Shown: positions 15,296 through 23,955 of the stretch, one piece after another
How the letters are laid out: each line of letters begins with the position of its first letter
Numbering within the stretch: the stretch's first letter is position 1
From: a virus
Taxonomy: Duplodnaviria; Caudoviricetes
Direction: 5' to 3' (one strand)
IMG/VR virus record: IMGVR_UViG_3300025131_000338
Coordinates: 1 to 27,116 of that record
DNA length: 27,116 nucleotides
Notes under the pieces: model-generated
The model's database searches: none
What the model was told of the DNA's origin: nothing
Seen by the model: only the letters and a program-made list of their open reading frames with translations
Made by a program: the position numbers and the translations under genes

Positions 15296-16885
15296 TTAAC
15301 TATATTGATCGTCTATCGAATCTGCATACGCCTGCCAGTCCGTTGGTTTGTTAGATGAAAAATCCCAGTCTGTATCAGTATCAGCTACTGTTCCAGCAAG
15401 GTCCCACGCTGCACCCATGTAATCAGGTTTATATAACCCAGATGTGTCTACGGGAGCTTGACCTGGTATTCCCAAAACCGGAGCTGCACCTTGGGGTCCT
15501 AGAACCGGAGCTGCACCCTGAACCCCTTGAACTGGAGCTGCACCCTGATAACCTCTAGTTGGAGCCGCACCTTGATATCCCATAACTGGAGCTGCACCTT
15601 GGTAACCCATAATTGGTGCTGCACCCTGGAATCCTTTAGTTGGATCAGCAATGCCTGCTATATTCAATAGCGATTGACGTTTTCTTCCCTCAATAGACAG
15701 ACCCATAGTATCCAAACTTGACTGTGCCTGTCTCTTATGCTCAATTTGTGCTCTCTGATTTTTTATAGCTAAATCACGAGCTGTTTCTGAAAGCGATTTA
15801 AGCGTATCCTTATCTGTTTGTCTGACAAGTTCACGGGCAACTATTGACCCTTCTAAACCTGTTCCCACAATATGCCCGGAAGTTCTTTGCTGTGCATCAG
15901 CCCCCTGCTGACGGATTGTAGCCAATGCCCGATTTTGTTCTTCTTTTAAAATTCTCTTTAATTCTGGATCACCTTCTTCGGCAATTTTCCTCTGCCTGTC
16001 CATAATTTCCTGTTCAAGTGTACTAACTTCACCAGCTTGGCTGAAGGCTGTACGAAGATTATCAGCTCTATCTTTCTCTGACTGAAACTTATCTTCTAAA
16101 TAATCGCCCTCTCTTGCATATGCATCTTGTTGTGACTGATATTGATCAGATAAAAATTCACCTTCCCTTCCATATGCGTCCTGTTGTGACTGGAACGTAT
16201 CTTTTAAAAATTCACCCTGTCTACCATATGCGTCTTGCTCTGATTCAAACCTATCGTCTAAATATTCTCCCTCTCTCTCATACGCACCTAGCTGTGATTG
16301 ATATACATCTGCTAAATATTCTCCTTGTGCTGTATAAGCTGCTGACTGACTGTCAAACACCTCCATATTATACTTACCACGAGCATCATAGGCTATTTTC
16401 TGAGCATCATATACTCTTTGCTGATAATCTACAGTATTATTAAAATGATCTTTGGCTGCGTTATATTGATCCTCTGCTATTTTTCCTTCTTCCTTGGCCT
16501 GTTCAATTGCTGAAAGCGAACTGTATACAGTACCGCCAACCTTGATAGCAGCTCCCACATTTCCACCTGTGACAACAAGAGTAATACCTGCTGCTGCAAG
16601 TGATGCTAGTTCTGTACCATGCGGTTTAACATATTCATTCCAATTATCCTTCATCTTTTGAGATGGGCCGTGAATACCGTGATCGTGCCATAGGTGATAT
16701 TCAGACATACCTGTTTGTGGGTTTACAGTGCCAGCACCTTGTGATTTAACTATTATCTCACCAAGACGGCCCCTACGGTCAATAAGCTTGGCTTCCTGGG
16801 GATTTACGTGTGCAGGCTTACCGTCAACCTTCCGTATCTCGGTATCGCCAAATCTTCCTTTTTTAGCTAAATCTTTCTTATTCAT
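15296..16885 (-). CDS. Probable DNA-ejection (pilot) protein with two repeat arrays
   Basis: N-terminal 'LAKKGRFGDT...AHVNPQEA...GAGTVNPQTGMSEY' motif typical of podovirus internal proteins, then a hydrophobic segment, 18-aa repeats and 9-aa repeats. Confidence 0.7.
   Translation of the reverse strand: MNKKDLAKKGRFGDTEIRKVDGKPAHVNPQEAKLIDRRGRLGEIIVKSQGAGTVNPQTGMSEYHLWHDHGIHGPSQKMKDNWNEYVKPHGTELASLAAAGITLVVTGGNVGAAIKVGGTVYSSLSAIEQAKEEGKIAEDQYNAAKDHFNNTVDYQQRVYDAQKIAYDARGKYNMEVFDSQSAAYTAQGEYLADVYQSQLGAYEREGEYLDDRFESEQDAYGRQGEFLKDTFQSQQDAYGREGEFLSDQYQSQQDAYAREGDYLEDKFQSEKDRADNLRTAFSQAGEVSTLEQEIMDRQRKIAEEGDPELKRILKEEQNRALATIRQQGADAQQRTSGHIVGTGLEGSIVARELVRQTDKDTLKSLSETARDLAIKNQRAQIEHKRQAQSSLDTMGLSIEGRKRQSLLNIAGIADPTKGFQGAAPIMGYQGAAPVMGYQGAAPTRGYQGAAPVQGVQGAAPVLGPQGAAPVLGIPGQAPVDTSGLYKPDYMGAAWDLAGTVADTDTDWDFSSNKPTDWQAYADSIDDQYS
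15473..15634 (-). repeat. 27-bp coding tandem repeat, 6 copies of GxQGAAPxx (degenerate 7th to 15446)
   Basis: GFQGAAPIM GYQGAAPVM GYQGAAPTR GYQGAAPVQ GVQGAAPVL GPQGAAPVL. Confidence 0.95.
16079..16402 (-). repeat. 54-bp coding tandem repeat, 6 copies of an 18-aa unit
   Basis: QKIAYDARGKYNMEVFDS QSAAYTAQGEYLADVYQS QLGAYEREGEYLDDRFES EQDAYGRQGEFLKDTFQS QQDAYGREGEFLSDQYQS QQDAYAREGDYLEDKFQS. Confidence 0.92.
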
Positions 16886-17464
16886 TTATATCTCACTTTT
16901 AATTTGATGCACCAATTCACGATTTGCATCCTCGTTAATTATTTCTTGTAAATTCTGCTGCCATAACGCCCAGTGTTTATCGTGCAGAGTTGGATTATCT
17001 TTAGCAGCAGATATTGCTATAGCATAGTTGCATAAATCCCGGTGATACATATCGGGCACAATAGGGCTGGGATCAGCGGCCGTATCCTGTGCGTTGTCGA
17101 GAGTTCCATAATAACTAAGTTTTATTGAACCTAAAGATGGGATGTAATCAAGATGAAATGCGTTATTTCTAATAAAGTATCCAGTGGGTTCTCCCGTCTG
17201 CACACTACCATCTGAACTATAGGATATATCATCCTCGCCTATGGATTGAAGTTTCTCACCCTTAAATGTTAAAATTATGACCTGCTTATAATTTGTAGGA
17301 AGTCCATATGATGCTGAACCGTCGGCAGTATAACTTCTGGTATCCTCATACATATTACACTTACGGCTCATCTCAAGTTCGGCTTCCTTTAAAAGGGCCA
17401 CCACCATCTGTTTTCGTTCCTCTACAAATAAGAGACAACGGTCTGCTAATTTATCAAATGTCAT
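16886..17464 (-). CDS. Head-tail adaptor-like protein
   Basis: 'SYGLPTNY...TGEPTGYFIR....LDYIP...IVPDMYHRDLCNYAIA' pattern of podovirus adaptor/tubular proteins. Confidence 0.7.
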   Translation of the reverse strand: MTFDKLADRCLLFVEERKQMVVALLKEAELEMSRKCNMYEDTRSYTADGSASYGLPTNYKQVIILTFKGEKLQSIGEDDISYSSDGSVQTGEPTGYFIRNNAFHLDYIPSLGSIKLSYYGTLDNAQDTAADPSPIVPDMYHRDLCNYAIAISAAKDNPTLHDKHWALWQQNLQEIINEDANRELVHQIKSEI

Positions 17465-17467
17465 ATT

Positions 17468-17593
17468 CTACTCCAATTCTGTGACCCGTGCTTTGAGAGC
17501 ATCTAACTCCCGTATCAGGTCAACTATTTTTTTATTAATATCACGAAGTGCATCTGATACTACTTTATCTGATGGTCTTCTTAAATTACTCAT
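17468..17593 (-). CDS. Small coiled-coil protein (41 aa)
   Basis: Translated by hand: MSNLRRPSDKVVSDALRDINKKIVDLIRELDALKARVTELE; GGAGG SD; fills the gap after the nozzle gene. Confidence 0.7.
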   Translation of the reverse strand: MSNLRRPSDKVVSDALRDINKKIVDLIRELDALKARVTELE

Positions 17594-17625
17594 AACAGCC
17601 CTCCAGCAATGTATATGTGCTGTTA

Positions 17626-20457
17626 TTACTCATACTCCATCTCCAGCCTGCGTATCTCCACATCATTGGTAGATGCTGTTGTTGATATTTCAATCTTACA
17701 CAATCGGCCCCTTACTCCTGGTTTACATCTATACCAATCTGCACCCGAAGTATCTGCTGGAATTGTCATAGTCTGAACTACGGTAGAATCATCACCATCT
17801 ATATAAAATTTAACTGTCAGGACATCTGTAGACGTGTAGCGAAGGCTTAACATCCTGAGAAGATACCTATCACCAAGATCGCCTAATTTAATCCACCCAG
17901 TAGTACGCTTAAAGGTTGTAGTTTCACTTTCACTACTAGGCTCTAACTCACATAAATAACTGGTACTTCCAGCTTCTACAGTATGGGTTTTAAAGTTTTC
18001 ATCAGTTACCCATAAATGAGCATTTTTAGATGTTGAATTATCCATCTTGGACCATAGCTCACGCCCTGGAAAAGATTTTAAATCCAAAGAATATGTCGTG
18101 GCAACCGTATCACCAAACCTGCACAGTAAACGCTCCTTTTTAACATCTATGTGCAAACGGGTATTTTGAAGATTGCTACTTGCCTGGTATGTATCTCGAA
18201 TTGTTTGAGTGATTGGTGTAGCCTTAAAATTGGAATCAAGATAGTAGAGATGGTCACGACCAGCAAAGAATACTCCATTTTCAGATTCAACAATTGAGTT
18301 TGGAGAAACGCAACCAAGATGTGGTTCAGATTCTGCAAGTGTCCAGGTTGAGGGTGATGCACCTGGCACTGACAATCTATAGATACCTTTTTCCTGAAAG
18401 ACAACCAGGTCACCCATAAGTTTAGCGAGTCCCACAATTTCACCACCTTGAATATCAGGTATTGATATATAATTTGTTATTGGTATTACATCAGGCTGTT
18501 GTAACTCTGAAAAGAGTACCCAGTCAGGATGGTCTTCAGTAGCACCTTTGGTATCTGCAATTTTTACATTGGCTACGTACTGTCTGCCCTCAAGGTTTAC
18601 GCTGTACTTAAATTTTGTATTTACAGATACGTCTGAATATGGGTGCTGTGCTCCGTCTGTTTGTCTATCAGCCCATACCAATAAGTGATAAGCCCCCTTA
18701 TCAATCCAGGAATAATTTCTATGTATAAGCCCCTCTTCTGCATTGTTATAGGAAGTATAAGCACGTATCCTGGCATTGATGTAAGCCACCTTTGGAATAC
18801 TTTTAGCTACGTGAATAAGAACACCATCGTTAGAAGTATTTGATAGTTCGGTACTTGCAGTCTGATCATTGCCGCCAAACCCTATCAAATCTCCAGCAGC
18901 AACCTCCCATTGTGCAGAATGCAGATGTGAATTTCCGGCTCCTCCAAGAGCAACGTGTGCTTCTGATTCCCAATTGCTGACAAACAGTGCTGTACCAAGG
19001 GTTGTCCCCCCACTATTTTTAATATTCATTCCTTTAGTTATCCATAACGAAGAATATATTTGATTAGAAATTGTATCACACCTTACTAAATATCCAAAGC
19101 CATCACTAGAAACAATCTCAGATACAATTCCAATCAAGCAAACACCTGTTGGGAAGTGTGTTGTACTGGTTGTACCATCGTGCCATAAATAGTGCCCAAC
19201 TTCAGGTGGTATTGTGGCTTCCCATAGATAGAATAATCCATCCGATGCCATGGAAGCATTTCTCACCTTTACTGTTGTTGTGTAAGACGTACTGCCGGGA
19301 TCAGTAAATACAATAGTGTCATTTGCTGCATACCCAGAGCCTACATTGGTTATTTCTACGTATGGGTCATTGTACGTCCCCCACGGATGGTCTGCATGGT
19401 CTTCAGACCAAATCGTTGCCTGAACACCTGTACCGCTGCCAGAAGTGCTTGTCTGAGAGACGCTGGTATGTTTTTGTTCTTTTTCCCAAACCCCAGTTGC
19501 GTCTGGAATTTGGTCAAAAATTGGGCCCCCGTGTGTAATATGCCTTGCATCTGTAACCCTCCTGACAGTTGAATCTGAAAGTTTACTAGCTTCACCCGTG
19601 CCAAGGGTTGATACAGCGTCAACTTTATAGTATGGGCCTGATGGAGAATTTTTTGCTGATCTATAAATATTAAAACCAGTAATCCTTTTATCAAAATCCG
19701 CTTCAACTACTTTTATAGCCATTCCAAAAAAGTCATCGTCAGTCAAGGCCGCTGTTTGGATTGGGGTTAATTTACTTTCCTGTGTGCTTGTTGAGTTTGT
19801 CGATACTACAGGGTCTACGGTTAGTGGACCTTCTTGATTTCCATCGTAAACTTTAGAAATCTTATAAAACCATGCATCGTTAGTATAAGTAAAGCCAGAC
19901 TCTGAATCGTCCCAAGGAGTATATCTATTGGTATTATAGTCATAATCAGGGCTATAGTAAGTGCCCAACCTACCAGCATCGAAAAGGCTTAACCCATCTG
20001 AACCATCTGCAAATATAGTTGGCCGAGCGGTTGATGTATCCCAAGCTGCCGTAGGACTATATGCAGACCAAAAGAAATCCCTATCTATATATTGATAAAC
20101 CTTGGATTCATCTGATAAGCCAGTTGCGAATCGTAGCCTGGTCCCATAGTTTAATATTCTAATATCAGTTCCAGTAGCGTCATACAGTTCTGTATCTAAA
20201 GAACCAAGGCTGGTAGCTATATGTATCTTGCCATCAGTCAGGGTTAATACCCAGTATGCTGTGCCACCATATACCCATTTAGATATATGGTTTATATTAG
20301 CTGCTACAGTTACAGCAGCACCACGGCCTGTACGTTTATATATTAAACCGGGCTTATCAAGCTCTACATTTATAAGTTCTGTACAGCCGTTGATGCCAAT
20401 TTCTTCAGCATCAACCTGAGTGATCAATCCCCCGTTTAGTGGGATTTCCTGAATCAC
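17626..20457 (-). CDS. Tail nozzle / DNA-stabilisation protein (P22 gp10 / T7 gp12-like beta-propeller)
   Basis: 'LNGGL....D' N-terminus; 'FSELQQPD...GGEIVGL......LVVFQEKGIY...GCVSPNSIV....GVFF' propeller motifs; position between adaptors. Confidence 0.8.
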   Translation of the reverse strand: MIQEIPLNGGLITQVDAEEIGINGCTELINVELDKPGLIYKRTGRGAAVTVAANINHISKWVYGGTAYWVLTLTDGKIHIATSLGSLDTELYDATGTDIRILNYGTRLRFATGLSDESKVYQYIDRDFFWSAYSPTAAWDTSTARPTIFADGSDGLSLFDAGRLGTYYSPDYDYNTNRYTPWDDSESGFTYTNDAWFYKISKVYDGNQEGPLTVDPVVSTNSTSTQESKLTPIQTAALTDDDFFGMAIKVVEADFDKRITGFNIYRSAKNSPSGPYYKVDAVSTLGTGEASKLSDSTVRRVTDARHITHGGPIFDQIPDATGVWEKEQKHTSVSQTSTSGSGTGVQATIWSEDHADHPWGTYNDPYVEITNVGSGYAANDTIVFTDPGSTSYTTTVKVRNASMASDGLFYLWEATIPPEVGHYLWHDGTTSTTHFPTGVCLIGIVSEIVSSDGFGYLVRCDTISNQIYSSLWITKGMNIKNSGGTTLGTALFVSNWESEAHVALGGAGNSHLHSAQWEVAAGDLIGFGGNDQTASTELSNTSNDGVLIHVAKSIPKVAYINARIRAYTSYNNAEEGLIHRNYSWIDKGAYHLLVWADRQTDGAQHPYSDVSVNTKFKYSVNLEGRQYVANVKIADTKGATEDHPDWVLFSELQQPDVIPITNYISIPDIQGGEIVGLAKLMGDLVVFQEKGIYRLSVPGASPSTWTLAESEPHLGCVSPNSIVESENGVFFAGRDHLYYLDSNFKATPITQTIRDTYQASSNLQNTRLHIDVKKERLLCRFGDTVATTYSLDLKSFPGRELWSKMDNSTSKNAHLWVTDENFKTHTVEAGSTSYLCELEPSSESETTTFKRTTGWIKLGDLGDRYLLRMLSLRYTSTDVLTVKFYIDGDDSTVVQTMTIPADTSGADWYRCKPGVRGRLCKIEISTTASTNDVEIRRLEMEYE

Positions 20458-21098
20458 TATCTACCTTTCGTGCCTATGCCTGTAGGTTTTTCAGCTTGAT
20501 ATCGCTCGTTTAATACCTTCACTAGATTTAAAGCGTTATTATATGCAGACTGTGCACGATCGGCTTTAGCATCCATACGCCAGAGCTGTGCTTCGGCAAA
20601 ATCCAAAACCATTTCCTGTAGTGCTGGATTAAGCTCGCACTCTATACCAGATGCCGCTAAATCTGTAGGTTCCTTGATATACCAAACATCAATTGCTGAT
20701 ACGCCACTAGTTGGCTTTATATAAATAGTATCTGCAAAAATATAAGCTACAGCGTTTGAAGTTGTGCCTGATAGATAACTATTTTCTAACCTTTTAACAT
20801 CACCGGGTTCAATCATAGTGCACCACAGATCATTGGTTTCGTCATATATACCTGTAATACCATTCCTGATAGGATTGACACCAGAGCCAAAGGCTACATC
20901 AAACGTACACGCACCAGCAGTGACAGTCTTGTCATTTGCTATTGTTTGCAACTCAACCAGGTAAGCGTTATCAATCATACTACAGACTGTTTTTTGGGCT
21001 AAATTAAGCGAATCTAGCTTTGCAGCCGAGGTAAACACACTCGCTGCCGGGTCTTCTAGACGCAGGCCCAAATTGGCTAACATTTCATTTCCTGTCAT
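20457..21098 (-). CDS. Head-tail adaptor-like protein (second paralogue)
   Basis: 'LRLEDP....F......SLNLAQ...IYIKP......VWYIKEP.......CELNPALQEMVLDFA' adaptor pattern. Confidence 0.7.
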   Translation of the reverse strand: MTGNEMLANLGLRLEDPAASVFTSAAKLDSLNLAQKTVCSMIDNAYLVELQTIANDKTVTAGACTFDVAFGSGVNPIRNGITGIYDETNDLWCTMIEPGDVKRLENSYLSGTTSNAVAYIFADTIYIKPTSGVSAIDVWYIKEPTDLAASGIECELNPALQEMVLDFAEAQLWRMDAKADRAQSAYNNALNLVKVLNERYQAEKPTGIGTKGR

Positions 21099-21099
21099 T

Positions 21100-21333
21100 T
21101 TAGTTTACTCCGTTCTTATTTTCTGTTTTTGTATCAGGAGGATTATTCATCTCCTGAATCTGAAGCTCCACCATTTGAACTGCTCCCTGAAGCATCACCG
21201 TTTTTGTCTGAGCTTCTGCTAGTTGAGTTTGCAGATTCTTCAGATGATCCTGAAGCTGATTTTCCGTCACCATCTTTGCTGGAGGTGGAGGATTCTCAAC
21301 TGTCATTTCTTTCTGTTTATTTTTAAACTTCAC
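21100..21333 (-). CDS. Small coiled-coil protein (possible fibre assembly helper)
   Basis: 'LKNLQTQLAEAQTKTVMLQGAVQMVE'; GTG start with AAGGAG SD. Confidence 0.7.
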   Translation of the reverse strand: MKFKNKQKEMTVENPPPPAKMVTENQLQDHLKNLQTQLAEAQTKTVMLQGAVQMVELQIQEMNNPPDTKTENKNGVN

Positions 21334-21357
21334 TGTTTTTCTCCTTGGTTATTGTTA

Positions 21358-21555
21358 TTATTTAGGGTCAAGAGGTGTGTAGGATATATTGCTCCTTGCC
21401 TGACGCTTATCATATGACCTCATATCATTTTTTACTAAACCTACATATGCACCCTTAATTTTTGCTACAGTAGCATCAGCATCTTCTGTCCCATATGCTT
21501 TCTGCAAGCTAGCAATTTCTGCATCTGTAAATTCTACTGTTATTTTCTTTGCCAT
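21358..21555 (-). CDS. Hypothetical protein downstream of tail fibre
   Basis: 65-aa ORF with AAGGA SD. Confidence 0.7.
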   Translation of the reverse strand: MAKKITVEFTDAEIASLQKAYGTEDADATVAKIKGAYVGLVKNDMRSYDKRQARSNISYTPLDPK

Positions 21556-21624
21556 TTTTTATTCCTTTTGTTATGCGTTTTCTAAGGCATCTACCTTAGT
21601 TGATGATTATTGTTATGTCTTATC

Positions 21625-23106
21625 TTAACCTGCATCAGCAGTCGCAGTTGGATTACTTACAGAAAACCAATGAGTACCATTGCAAACGAGTGTCCAACCA
21701 CCATAGCCAACTATTGACTCATCGGCTCCAGATGTTAACCATATATTCTGATTAGCTCCTTCACCATGTTCTAGTATTAGAGAATTTGCAGTAGCAGTTT
21801 TTGCTAGAAATATTACCTGACCATCAACACCTCCTGTTAATCCTCCGATAGTTACATCATTACTAGTAGTGATACAATTCACAAAATAAGCACCACTTAC
21901 ATCAAGGTTGTCTGTTGGCCCAGTTGCTGTAATATTTACCAATCCACCAGCTATTCCTCCATTTACTTGAAGTTTTGTAGTTGGTGAAGCAGCCCCAATA
22001 CCGACATTGCCACCAGTTAGAATAGTCATTTTAACACTATCGGTTGTGCCAAAACTCATAGAATTGATATTGTTATCGTAATCAATCATTCCTATATCAT
22101 CGTCTCCAGAATCACCAAATAATACCCTACTATTCCCAGCTGTACCAGACACTAGAGTTATATTACAATCATCTGAAGCATCATCGTTATTTTGAAATAC
22201 TGCAAGAGTTCCAGTGCCATAGGTAGGGTCTGTTCCCTCGCCAAGAGCGATATGCAATGGCACACTTGGTGAATCAGTCCCAATACCGACATTGCCTGAA
22301 GCAAGTACGGTAAGTTTTGTGGCAGTATCGCAAGTTGTAGTGCCGAGCATAAAAGCATCAGCACCATCATTCCCAAGTGACCATTTGGTAGTTCCCCGAT
22401 ACCTGAAGTTAATCTCACTATTGTATTCATTACCACTACTCCCAGAATCAGCTGTTAACATAAGGTTAGCTGCTGTTGTACTACTAATCTCTAGAAGTTT
22501 AGCTGGTTCAGTAGTCCCAATACCGACATTGCCAGTTGTATCAATAACTAAATGTGGGTCAGTTCCTGGGGCATTGTCACTGCCTATCATAAATTTATCA
22601 GCATCACTATTGTCAATACCAACTGACCAATCTTGAGCATCAGTAGTCCTTAAATGAAGGTATGGGTCTCCAGTACCATCTTCATCAATCATAATCCGAG
22701 TATTAGTTGATGTATTTCCATAAAGTGAAAGTAAGGCCTCTGGTGTATCAGTCCCAATACCGACATATTCATCATCAGTTATTGTTAAAATGGGAGTATC
22801 AGCTCCATCTCTAAACTGCATTTTGTTGTTGTCAACTTTAATATCCATTGTTCCGATTTCAATCTGACCAATAGAACCATTTGATGAATCATAGAATCTA
22901 GCCAATGTAGATTCAGAACCTTTTACTTCCAATGTATGTGCTGGACTATCAGTCCCAATTCCTACCTTAGTTGTGGTTATATAAAATGGACTCCCGGTTC
23001 CGTCCCCGTCTTTAATTTGACGTACTGTACTCGCATCTATTCCACCATCAACAGCTAGGATGTCACCTACACCATCACTGATTGTCTTTGTATTTAAATT
23101 TGCCAT
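21625..23106 (-). CDS. Tail fibre / receptor-binding protein with VGIG-x-x-x-P repeats
   Basis: Five 'VGIG(T/A)xxP' junction motifs separating beta-rich modules; Gly/Thr/Asp-rich. Confidence 0.8.
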   Translation of the reverse strand: MANLNTKTISDGVGDILAVDGGIDASTVRQIKDGDGTGSPFYITTTKVGIGTDSPAHTLEVKGSESTLARFYDSSNGSIGQIEIGTMDIKVDNNKMQFRDGADTPILTITDDEYVGIGTDTPEALLSLYGNTSTNTRIMIDEDGTGDPYLHLRTTDAQDWSVGIDNSDADKFMIGSDNAPGTDPHLVIDTTGNVGIGTTEPAKLLEISSTTAANLMLTADSGSSGNEYNSEINFRYRGTTKWSLGNDGADAFMLGTTTCDTATKLTVLASGNVGIGTDSPSVPLHIALGEGTDPTYGTGTLAVFQNNDDASDDCNITLVSGTAGNSRVLFGDSGDDDIGMIDYDNNINSMSFGTTDSVKMTILTGGNVGIGAASPTTKLQVNGGIAGGLVNITATGPTDNLDVSGAYFVNCITTSNDVTIGGLTGGVDGQVIFLAKTATANSLILEHGEGANQNIWLTSGADESIVGYGGWTLVCNGTHWFSVSNPTATADAG

Positions 23107-23115
23107 TTAATATTC

Positions 23116-23862
23116 CTAAATTGTTGTGCAGTTAAGATCAATGGTATAAGAATTACTACCTGAAGACATAGTTGGGGCTGTTATTGTATATGTGTCAGCC
23201 CTTACCCAATATGCCTTGCCAGCATCTGCTGAGTTCATCACCAAGCTAGATTCTGAATATTTTACTCCGTTTAAATTGATAAAGCCACTTCCAAATACGG
23301 TTGGACTTACTGCTTCTTCAAATGCTACCGTCATAGAACTGGCTGTAGAATCTCCCACGGTTACTACTGGAGACATCTTTTGCTCTGAAAATAAATCTTT
23401 TAAAGTCCAGACTATATCTGGAGTTGCATCTGTTGACTCGGCATCTGTTGTTACTGTGAGGAAAAATTCATTTGGGTCTAGGTCTAATCCAATCGTTTCT
23501 GTGACATCTGTAGTAGCTGAATCTTCGTCTGCAATTCTAGCTGTTATTGATAGGTCACCCAAGTCTTGTAAATTTTTACAGGTTGAATCCAAAGCATCCT
23601 TGCCAGCTTCCCACGTGGCACTAAATCTATCCCAGGTTGTTTTAACTGTAGCAGTTGTGGATGATTTAACAGCACCTCCCTCTCTAATTTGAATAACCCA
23701 ATCAGAGCCATCAGCCCAGCCAAGATCACGGGCATCAAACTCAACTACTACTGTACCTATTTGTTTGTAGTAGCCAATCACCACGTTTTTAATCTTTACA
23801 CTGGACTCTGGATCAGTTCCCTGACCTACTCCATCTGCATCATATGTATATGTATATTGCAT
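23116..23862 (-). CDS. Virion structural protein (beta-rich; possible decoration protein)
   Basis: Follows the capsid gene; Thr/Ser/Asp-rich. ATG at 23862 with AAGGA SD preferred over TTG at 23883. Confidence 0.55.
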   Translation of the reverse strand: MQYTYTYDADGVGQGTDPESSVKIKNVVIGYYKQIGTVVVEFDARDLGWADGSDWVIQIREGGAVKSSTTATVKTTWDRFSATWEAGKDALDSTCKNLQDLGDLSITARIADEDSATTDVTETIGLDLDPNEFFLTVTTDAESTDATPDIVWTLKDLFSEQKMSPVVTVGDSTASSMTVAFEEAVSPTVFGSGFINLNGVKYSESSLVMNSADAGKAYWVRADTYTITAPTMSSGSNSYTIDLNCTTI

Positions 23863-23955
23863 TTTTCCTTTTTCACCCCTCAAGAGGGCCTGAAGGAGAC
23901 ACCAGTCAACATCAGACCCCCCATCGGGATTATTTTACAGTTAACTAATTACTAT

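Noticed and set aside
15446-16402. CRISPR array
   Set aside because: Repeats are contiguous, in-frame, vary at codon positions and have no unique spacers; no cas operon.
21625-23106. Diversity-generating retroelement or invertible shufflon acting on the fibre
   Set aside because: No reverse transcriptase or TR/VR pair in the window; junction repeats are all direct and no inverted spare cassettes are seen.
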